DNA of 64,000 bases, from NCBI GenBank assembly GCA_023213395.1, contig CM041465.1, forward strand, positions 221,347,741-221,411,740. The letters run 5' to 3'. The notes under the pieces are model-generated. The model was not told where the DNA came from, ran no database searches, and worked only from the letters and a program-made list of their open reading frames with translations. Below, piece after piece: positions 54,101-64,000 of the stretch (the first letter of the stretch is position 1; the number at the start of each line of letters is the position of its first letter). The position numbers and the translations under genes are program-made. This stretch comes from Cycas panzhihuaensis. Taxonomy: Eukaryota > Plantae > Cycadophyta.

Positions 54101-57100
54101 TCTCATGAACATGCTTAAGGCATTTGACATCCTGAATGGCATGACTAGTTATTTATATAATTTGTCCCTCATATTGAAGGCTATCTTCTACTTGTACCCT
54201 CCACGAATTTAAATCTAATGATAGACACTCTTGAAGTCAATCTTTATAAAGTAGGAATCACCTACTAATACATCTACCATATCATCCACATGAGGTATAA
54301 AGAAATAATATTTAATTATTATCTTGTTGATCACTCTAGAATCAATACACATTTACATGAGCCATCTTTCTTTGGAGCTACCAATGTTAGAACTACATAA
54401 GGACTCAAGCTTTCTTTGACCATTCCCTTCTATACCAATTCATTAACTTGTTGATTCAACTCCTCATTCCCCACTGAGCTTAACCAATAAGTTGCCTAGT
54501 TTGGTAAACTTAACCCTTAGATTAGGTCAATTTAGTGTTGAATGTCTTTCATTAGTGGTAATCCATCAGGTAACTCATTTGGCATACATCGATGTACTCC
54601 TCTAATAACCTGGCTATCTCACCTGGTATCTCTATGCTATCTTCCTCTATTTATCTTACCATCAAGGTATAACAAGTGTCAACCTTTCATACATGTTTCA
54701 TAAATTCTTTAGTAGTCAATATGCTTTTTGCATGCCCTTCTTCCTTAAGTAGTAATAGCTTCACCTCTACACCATTCTTCTAAAATGTATAAATATTATT
54801 CTTATTATCATGAAAGGCATTCCTATCATATTGTTATGTTCTCACCAATAATAAATAGCATGTATCCATCGAGATCATGTCACACCATATCTCATTTTAA
54901 TATGATTTCCCAATGCTAAATTTAGTTAAGCATCTCTTGTCAATAGTCATCTCATTTCCTTTTTTAAACCAAGAAATACGATATAGATGTGGATGTGCTA
55001 CAAAAATTAATCTTGACTTTTCTTCCATTTCATTGGAGACCATATTGTCACAACTACCACTATTAATTATAACTTTATATACCTTTCTTCCTATGGTACA
55101 TCTTCTCCTAAAAATGTCATTTCTAACTATGAATCACCATCCACCTTTGCCTTTCCTTTATTTTGCATGGGTTGTTGTCTTGGTGCTATCATGGTTCTTC
55201 AAAGTATTAAGCTCTCCCCTTCATCTACTATGACTCCTTCATTGTCATCTTTATTTTGGGCTAAGTTTATCCTTAGATGGTCTTTTAACTTTCTAGATTG
55301 TTCCTCATGGTGACGAGGACATTCAAATGCCCTGTGTCCTTCTTCCCCACATCTAAAATAAATAAAAGGTCTCCTCCATTCTCTTCCACCACCAGAACTT
55401 CTACCTTGTTAAGATCCTAGAAATCCTCTTCCCTTGAGTTAGTTCCAAGCTCCTCACCCTCCTTGTATTTTGCCTTGCCTCTTGACTTTTTATCTTTCCA
55501 TTCAATTAGATGATTCTCCTCTTAAATAGGGGATTCCTCCTCTACCTTTATATAAAGGTGATGAACCTCTTTTCATCACATAGGGCCTTTAAGTAGTATG
55601 CCTATTTTGCTTCTCTTCTACCTTCAATGCTAATTAATATGTATCTTCTATGTTTTTAACTCTGTGCATGCTAAGTTCATATTGAATTGAAAGCTTTAAA
55701 TCATTCATATGCCTAGCAACAACTTGTTCATCTATCTCCTCATGTTCCACAAAAATGGAAAGCTTATAGAACTCATCTATGTAGTCTTGTACTGTCATTT
55801 CTTTCTGCTTTAAGTTATGAAACTTTTTGAAGAGGGTTTAAGAATAGTTGATTGGTAGAACTTCTCTTTTAACTTCTTGACCATTTCGGTCTATATTCTG
55901 ATCTTTTCTTTATCTTTCTTTACCCTCTCCTTCCACAAGTATTCCCACCAAATAGTTGCATGTCCCTTTAACTTCATGTATGAAAACTTTACCCTCTATT
56001 CTTTATTTGAAAAACTTCTCCATGGCATTTATCCAATCTACTAACTCCTCTAGTTTTAAACTCCCTTAGTACTCTAGAATGTTAATCTTGATTCTATCAC
56101 TCTTATCTTCAAGTGCTTTTAAGAATCTTTCTTCCATTGTCTATGGTTCTTACGGCTCATCATCTTTGAATATTGTACCATCATCACTTAATGATTCTTC
56201 TTCACTGATATTTCCTTTATGCATTTGTCTTAATACTGTGGTAACAAGTTGTTCCATTCTCTTATATAACTCCTACAAGTTTCTATTTATTTCAACAAAC
56301 TTTACTCTTCCTCCTCTTCATGCCATTTTGACTACTCTTTTCTTTACTTAACCACTTTGAGTCTTAAAGCTTCTCTTGTAAGCTTTCTACAAGGCTCCTA
56401 ACCCCTAATGGGCACTTCCTTACCCTTTCAATAGGAATACTCTGTAACCTACATAGTTTCTCCGACAACTATCTATTGTAATACTTCAAACTTTTGTGGT
56501 TTCTTTTGCTAACCCCAAAACTAAACCATACTCTGATATTAGATGATGAGGGCAACCTACAAGGAAAATAATCCAATCTCACATGTACAAACCTAAGAAA
56601 AATAAGAAAGAGCCAAAGAAAGAGTCCAAAGAATAGAGAGTTGTTTTACTTTAAATTCCACTCAATCCCATTCAACCTACTAAAAGATAGTCTAAAATTA
56701 CATTTATATAAGTGAAAGTGAGAAGTCAAAACACTTCTAACCCTAACCCTAAAAACTCCTAAATTATGTAAAATATTATATAATTCCATGTTTTTAAGTT
56801 GAGTCTTATGAAGAAAAACTATACCAATAAGGGTTATTACATAAAAGTGAAAACTAGTTTAAAACTAATTGTTATTTTTAGACATCCAAAATAAATCTCA
56901 AATTTTAAGCACTTTTAGAGTGTTTTTTAGTATGAAAAATGTGGACTTATGATGGGCCTTTAGCCCTATCCTAGATCATTTTTACTTATTCTACTCAAAT
57001 AAACCTTTGATTTGGCACTAGAATGATGGAATTCTAACCATCGAGTCAAAAGTTATACTTCAATTAATAGACCCCAAATTTTAGAGTAAAATAACTAAAA

Positions 57101-57150
57101 AAGAAAAATATAGATGGAGTTATGATGAAGGCCTAGATGCTCCTGCATCA
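51146..57150 (-). mobile_element. CRM-like chromoviral Ty3/Gypsy element
   Basis: LTRs 51146-51742 and 56544-57150; decayed Met PBS complement 56531-56541; PPT complement tcctccct 51743-51750; TSD aactt/atctt; minus-strand CFRCGEEGH-like knuckle, VVVYFDDILI, YSTYDLEFY, HSGGLGGHF, GTYNKFKYKKVGPC. Confidence 0.9.
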
Positions 57151-58939
57151 ATCTTTCATTTTTTCCTCCTAAGTCCCATACTTGGGAGTAGGGTCCTCAT
57201 TTCCATCTAGAGGCATGAGGTTGAGAAACTTCAAAATAGATGTGATGCTAATTTAAAACTTGGTAGACTTGAGAATGGAAAATGGTACCTAGAATGATAG
57301 ACCTCCATGAAAATATAGGATCAAAGGAGAGCATTGGTAGGGCATCGATTCTATATGAATCTTTGCCTAAAAGTAGTTAAAGGATAATTTGGCATACTTT
57401 AGAGATTTGTCACTTGCTAAATAGGTTTTTAGAATTATTTGGTACATGGTTGGTTTCCTTTAAGAAGCATTGTATGAACATTCATTAGTTGGGTCTTCCC
57501 TAATATTCATAGGTATTCTTATGATTCCTCTTAGGTATACCTCACTAAGTTTTATTTCACTTCTCCTACTTGAGGGTTAAATATGAATTAGCTTCCATTT
57601 CTAAAAGATCGATGTTAGTTACTTTCTTGAGTGACTTCTATTACTCGATTAACCAACTAAACTTGACCTATTGGAGATGGTACTTCTATAAAATTTCATG
57701 GTTAGTCTTCCCTAAAATTCATAATACCATCTTCATCATTACTGTTTATTCTTTTTTGAAGTTTCCTCTACTCCATAACTTAACAAAAAGAAAAAAATTT
57801 AAAATTAAAATTAAATAATTTGGTAAAACAATGAAAACATGTGTATTTCCTTTCCAGAAGAAGTTCCCTTAGTTGATTCGAGTTGCTTCAAAACCCATGT
57901 CCCTAAGTTCTATAGTTAGGGAATTTGGTTCCTAACTTTGTTTATAGGTATGGTAACTAGATATAGGTCTAGATGGTTAGCTTCCTCATTTATGTAAGAC
58001 TCTCAGATTTCTATTCTTTTACTAATAACCCCTATTTTTAAGTTATCTCTTTCTTACAATCTTATGCTTTTTCAGAATCTTTCTTTATGAACTTATAAAT
58101 AGTCTCAGCTCTCTTATAATCAACCTTGCTCTGCTCTCACTTGTTTAGTCACTTATTCTCCCATGCTATAATGGTTTCATATTACATATCTTTCTCATCC
58201 TCTTGAAGCTTGTTACTCACCTTATCACCTTCCCCTAATACTTCGAGACATTTTGATTTAGAGATCCTTCCATCTCTTGTAGTTTAGCCTTTGAGGACTT
58301 GGTTCTTGGATTTTCATCTCCTTAGTCCCATTCAAAAGGCTTCCCTTGCTATAGTTTGAAAAGTTCTAATATTCTATGGGTAGGCTAATCATTAAGCACC
58401 TCCTAGATCCAATTACTTCTTACATTCATTGTACCTTAACAAAAATTACATGATGATCATAGCTAAAATGATGATTACTTATTATCTAGAAAGTAGGTTT
58501 AATGATGCCCAGTTTACTATGACCCTTATTCAAACCATTGTATGATATGATCTAAAATAATATCATTAAAAAGAAAATTTATATATATGTTTACCCCCTC
58601 TTGGCATTTAAATCAAATCATGAGATGATTTTGTCTCAACTTATAGTAGTGCAGTTAGGGTCCATTAGTGTATATCATTTAGGAACTTTAGATCCACTTG
58701 TTTAGGCCCACTTTGACCTTAATTATAATTAAAACACATTTGGAATTTGGTAGTGTTAAAGGTGTCTAGGAGGTGTTCTCATAATGAAGAAACCAAAACA
58801 TGGTCCTATCCCCTTTTTATGTTATAATCAAAACTAAGTCTCTCATTTGGAACCATATCCTCATAGGTTGATTCTCATACCATCCTTATATCTATCACTT
58901 TGTCTCTAAGTTTGTTCCCTCTCTATCATCGCATTGAGC

Positions 58940-59317
58940 ATACATATCGATGGAGGTCACCAAGGCAACCTAGGGCCATCTGCTATTATATGGATTATTC
59001 GTTACTAAATGGGTAATATGCTAACTTCTACTAGCATATTCTTACCTCAAGAAACCAACAATAAAGCTGAATATAATGTTATCATAGGACCCTTAAGTGA
59101 TGTTTCATAAATTTATAATATGCCTATCAATCGTTTCTCTAATTCCCAAGTTGTAGTCTTTTAACTTGTTAGCATTTATCATGCTCATTTAGCTCACTTA
59201 CACTACCTTCATGCTCATGCTATGTCTTTGTTATCTTGCTTTCTATCTATCATGATCTAGCATGTTCTACATAGTCAAAATGCCAAAGTTGATGCTCTAG
59301 CATCTCATATTCTATAA
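58940..59317 (+). pseudogene. Additional (archaeal-type) RNase H domain in the Tat 3' region
   Basis: IHIDGGHQGNLGPS..TNNKAEYNVII..SNSQVVV..HVLHSQNAKVDALA; one frame, four internal stops. Confidence 0.88.
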
Positions 59318-59354
59318 TCCCATCACTTCTAGCCTATCTCCCTAAACTAGGGGT

Positions 59355-59550
59355 AATACTCTGTAATGAGTATAACTGATGGAATACTCTATAATAATTA
59401 TAAGTTAATTAAACACTCTATAATGAGTATAAACTAACTAAATACTTCATAATAAATATAAACTAACTAAACACTCTATAATAAGTATAAACTAACTAAA
59501 CACCGTATAATTGGTATAAATTAATTGAACACTCCATGAGTATAAACTAA
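59355..59550. repeat. ~29-bp tandem repeat, about 7 copies
   Basis: Consensus close to aaacactctataatgagtataaactaact. Confidence 0.88.
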
Positions 59551-60439
59551 AATGTAAACAATATCACAAAAATACAAAAAAAGAATAAAAGGGTAAAACA
59601 TTCAAAACAAAAGATATATATCAATATCTAGGTTCATATATGCCTACTACACTACTCATCATAAGGGATAGTAGGTGGGAAGGGGTGGAGATAATAATGC
59701 TTTGCATATATACAATGTGTAGAGATAATAAATGTTATAATATAACTCATATAATACATATATCATAAGTATGATATTATGGTCCTATATCTTCCATGGG
59801 CATATACAAATATTTATAAGTGAGCTCCCATAACCACCTCCTTAAACCCATGGAGCAAACCCACATCCCCTGCTCAAACTTATCTCCTTAATGCTACGAG
59901 TCATGTCTAACATGGACACTAAGAGCTACCCTATAGAATGGGTATGGGACCTCTTACTCATATGAAAGGTAATTTGTACCTAATGGATGCTCTAACTAAT
60001 TGAGGGAGTAGCTTGGCTGCCTACCTAAAGGATGGCCATTTACTGAAGGTGTTATCTCTCATCATTTGCAACATTCAACTACACCTCAATGCCCATCATC
60101 TTTGCCTCTTATACTACCATCCATATCTCTAGCTCTCTATACATGTCTCAAGCCCTAATGGCTAATGCAAAATGCTAAGTACAGGGACCTAGGAGCTCAG
60201 GATTACCATCCTACCAAACCAGAGGTGCTCTTAGCTTGTATATAAAAGATAGGAGGTTTCTAAGGTTCCTCTTCATTATTATGTCCTCAATAACCTACAT
60301 ACCTATAATATAAAGCATGCACTAGTTAATCATCTTTTAAACATATATAAACCTCCAAAAGTATAAAATAATTAAAAAGGAGTGCATGTATAAATGCTAA
60401 ATAAACTTAATAAGTGTAAGGAAAAAAAAATCAAGTATA

Positions 60440-61825
60440 TCTATACTTGAAGGAGGTGGTGCTACTATTCTAGCTCCTGTCTTAGGACCCCCTGTAACTT
60501 TATGCTCTGCCCCCTCTACCTTTAGACCTCCCTCCTAGTCCACATCCATGTCATCACCCTATGTAATGACCTCTCCTACTACTTGTATCTCTACCTATCT
60601 AGCAGCTTACTCTCTATCTCCTTTACCATCAACACCTGCCTATCCTGGCAAAACTACCCTTGCTGGTGGGTCATCACCTACTAGACGAACTATTGGTTAT
60701 CTCCCTTTTATTAGTATACCACCTCCTACTCTTGTCCTCCACCCCTAAGGGTAGGTGGGGGTTCGCCTATTACAACCCTCAGAGTCACACTAGCCTCACC
60801 ATTAGACTAAGTTATTATCTTATCATAAGGATAAGGAAACAATTGGTTCCTTGTCATCCTGCTAATGTGAGGAATTTGGTTGTTCCTCACAACTACATCT
60901 TATCTCTAACGTACTTCCTATCTCATGTATCATCTATTTATGGTTGGATTCATGATCCTTAAACTACTTTGCTACCAAATTAGCCTCATAAAAGGAATAT
61001 AGTTATAAACCTAACACATCAAGATAAGACTATAAAAGAATCCCTTATGCCTATATTATTATATCCAAATGAGTTGTTAGGTCATGCTCTCTATAATAGA
61101 GCTCCCTAGCCCATTTGCTTGCCAGCTTCACATCATCTAATAATGCTCACCCATTAGGTAAGGAGTCCCATAAAGTTCTAAATCCTCATGATCTAGAACA
61201 CAATGATGTAAGCTAGTACTTTTCAAAATGTTGATATCCTATTTGCCTCTCTCATTACCTCTAGAGATATCTAGTATATCATAAAACACCTACATCTCTA
61301 GTTGTAAAGGTGCTACCTGCCTATTGGGCCTCCTCCTCTTCCACTTGACTTAGTTAGATCCCTAAGCCCCTCTAGCTAAGACCTAGGATCCGCTCAATAT
61401 CTGTTGAGGTGATCTTAATACCCCAATGATTTATACTTTAAATAATCCATCTATAGAAACCCATAAGTTTATGAAGTTATTATGGAACTCATACTCCATC
61501 CAAGCAACACTTTTAAGCATAATTTTACCCATCCAAACTCTCATAATTATGGTTAAAAGGCTAGAAAAGAGCTATGAAGCTCCCCTCTTGCATGTGTAAA
61601 TGAACTATAAGAAAAATAAAGGTTCTTTCTTGAAAAATAGACCCTTAAAAACCATTTTCTTCAATGTCTCCACCTTAGATTCAATCTCATTTCTATGCCC
61701 TACCATCAAACTAATTTTGTCTCTCCTATTTCTAAGGTGCTCCTTTTTGTATTTTTATGCCCTCATTAATGAGGTAATTACATTGAGATAGACCTTAGAT
61801 TAAGCCTAGAGATGGATCTCCCATA
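60440..61825 (-). pseudogene. Putative decayed antisense ORF in the Tat 3' region
   Basis: Purine-rich coding-like minus strand; YEFHNNF..KITSTDIERILGL; acidic/low-complexity tail; family not identified. Confidence 0.45.
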
Positions 61826-61920
61826 ACTTGCCTATGTTTATAGTCTATTGAGCTTATTTCCAGCTTACATTACAAATCTTATATTCTTTTTGGCTCTCAA
61901 ACCCCTCTTGATTTTAGACA

Positions 61921-62303
61921 CCTTTGAAGCCTTACTAATGAGGTTAAACTATGTCAATCATACCTCTAAGAATAATTACTAAAGAGGCTAAACTATGGTA
62001 ATCATACCTCTAAATCCCTACTAATGAGGTTAAATTATGGCTACTCTACCTCTAAGAATAGTTGTTAAAGAGGCTAAACTACAATAATCACACCTCTAAA
62101 TCCCAACTAATAAGGTTAAGCTATGGTAGTTGCACCTCTAAGAATAGTTGCTAAAGAGAATAAACTATGACAATAATACCTATAAAGCCTTGTTAATGAG
62201 GTTAAACTATGGTGGCTACACCTCTAAGAACAATTATTATAGAGGCTAAACTATGGTAACCACTCCTCTAAAAGCCTCCCATTAATGAGGTAAAACTATA
62301 ATG
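61921..62303. repeat. Higher-order tandem array of nine alternating 42/44-bp monomers
   Basis: Monomer starts at 61921, 61963, 62007, 62049, 62093, 62135, 62179, 62221, 62265. Confidence 0.92.
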
Positions 62304-62561
62304 AGCAATCATTTAATAAGTTAGAGATTGATACATGCTTTTGTTATGGGCTTTCTCAAGTCATTCTTATCCTACTTCAATAGGATTTTCACTACTTTCA
62401 CATACTGGAGACTTATCATCCAATATTTATTTCAATCATAACTTAGGAAATAGACCCAGATCACCTAAGTTTGACTAGACTTAGTCTCGAGGGTAGAATT
62501 ATCATCGTTCACTATCTTGCTCTCTACCATTTACAAGAACTTCTAGTGCCAAGGGGGCAAA

Positions 62562-63864
62562 TGTTTCACCATGAACAACCTCTTTTAGCATGAACACGCT
62601 TTTATCTTACTTTGTTTACCTAAATTGTTTACTAGTTAGACTTGCATTCAATCGATCATTACGATTTAGTTAGGTTCTTAATCATTAGTTTTACTTTGAA
62701 TAGTTGTTTAGTGAGAAAAACTTTAATGGGGTTTGTTATTGTTTACTATTTTGCTTCATTTGCATGACTTAAATGATTCTCAATTAGATGAGTACCTCTT
62801 ATGTATGATTATGATGCCATTATTAGTTAATGATTGATCTAACAATACATTTTCATAATGCTATTCAACATGGTCTAAGAAGTTTCTCCAAGTGTTGCTA
62901 ATTTACATTTTGTTAGAATGTTTTCAAACTTGCACTTTATTATTTCTTATTTTTTACCACTATTTGGCATGTTTTTACCTTTATATAGTCTTCATAGAAG
63001 TTATTGTTACTTAATTAAGGTCCAACAAGCTAATTTTATTAAAATTTGTTCAAATTTTTTATATTTTTTACTCTTTCTACACTGTCACTTTTTTGGTATT
63101 GTTAAAAATACGATAATACAAATAAAACAACATAGTCTCTCATGTTTTGTGCTTTATTTGTACTCTTACATGTTATTTATACTCCTATATTTTAGTGTCC
63201 TTTCATATTTTTTTACTAGTGCATGTATAAAATTAGTGATAGCACACATAAATCTCTATAATTTTGACCTATCTCTAGCCTATATCTATAGGGTGGCTCT
63301 ATCCTATCATCCTTGGTATATTTCCATTATGTTTTCCTATCTCCATGAAATTTTTTTAGAGGAAAATAGTCAAAACCATGTCCAAAAACCATGGTTTTGG
63401 TCTCACCCCTTTCTCTCTCTTTTTTTACAAATACCCATCTATTTTTTAGAATAAGGAGGAGCTTTTATATAATGAAATACTGCCAAAATTTTTCTAACAC
63501 CCCCCTTTAGTAGTTTGCCTTAGATCTTGCGAGGTTTTAGAGTTTCTTTCTTAGTGATTTATGAGGCATGTTTGAGGAATTTGGAATCTATATTTAGGCT
63601 TTTTTCCTTCTTACCTTTAAATTTAAATCTCCATATATTTATTGGGTCCTCTTCTCTTAGTGTTCAACTAGTCATTAACACATTTTCACTTGCACAATAC
63701 CAATTATTACACATTCTCGTATTTTTAAAACACTAGGAGCAACTTCAGGGCATGTTGGATATGGAGGTGGCATTGATCTAAGGCTTCCTTCGTATACACA
63801 TTATCAAGTTTGAAATGTACTTTATAATTTATACTTATTTGGTTAATTAGAATAGTTCTTCTAT

Positions 63865-63940
<76 letters not shown>

Positions 63941-64000
63941 CATTTTAATTTCATATCAATTTTCTTGAGTAACTATGATATTCATTATGTGAACCAATTT
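62562..64000 (+). repeat. 3' LTR of the Tat element (partial), with (AG)n at 63868-63938
   Basis: Starts tgtttcaccatgaa after the PPT; colinear with 27603-28993. Confidence 0.92.

Noticed and set aside
61921-62303. CRISPR-like look (conserved hairpin plus variable tail)
   Set aside because: Variable parts are ~9 nt and related to each other, there are no cas genes, and the context is a eukaryotic retroelement
62918-63454. 178-aa hydrophobic ORF
   Set aside because: T-rich LTR sequence; the frame is not preserved in the 5' LTR copy

Overview
AT-rich plant (probably gymnosperm, by inference) heterochromatin made almost entirely of nested retroelements; no intact host gene is visible. A decayed + strand Gypsy element (gag ~1.1 kb, RT ~22 kb, RNaseH/INT ~26.5-27.6 kb) is the substrate for these insertions: a Copia 3' end (1-1140); a deleted minus-strand Copia derivative (1589-5090); a Copia with TA..CT ends (5126-20933), itself holding a solo LTR, a full-length L1 LINE with a 16-bp TSD (8633-15329) and an odd LTR element (16870-19156); a 3.7-kb non-autonomous LTR element (22757-26502); and a large Tat-type Gypsy (27603 to >64000) that holds two more Copias and a CRM-like chromovirus. 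The standout is 22757-26502. It has LTRs, PBS, PPT and a perfect TSD but no recognisable gag/pol. Instead it carries sense-oriented, intron-free fragments of three unrelated host genes (ARABIDILLO, KAS III/FabH, FES1/HSPBP1). Other oddities are a separate 3' RNase H ORF and an antisense ORF in the Tat element, an 18-aa amphipathic-repeat ORF antisense in a Copia 5' UTR, an LTR that has swallowed its PBS, and tandem 145-bp 5' monomers on the LINE. All identifications come from manual reading and recalled motifs, not database searches; boundaries without a TSD are approximate.
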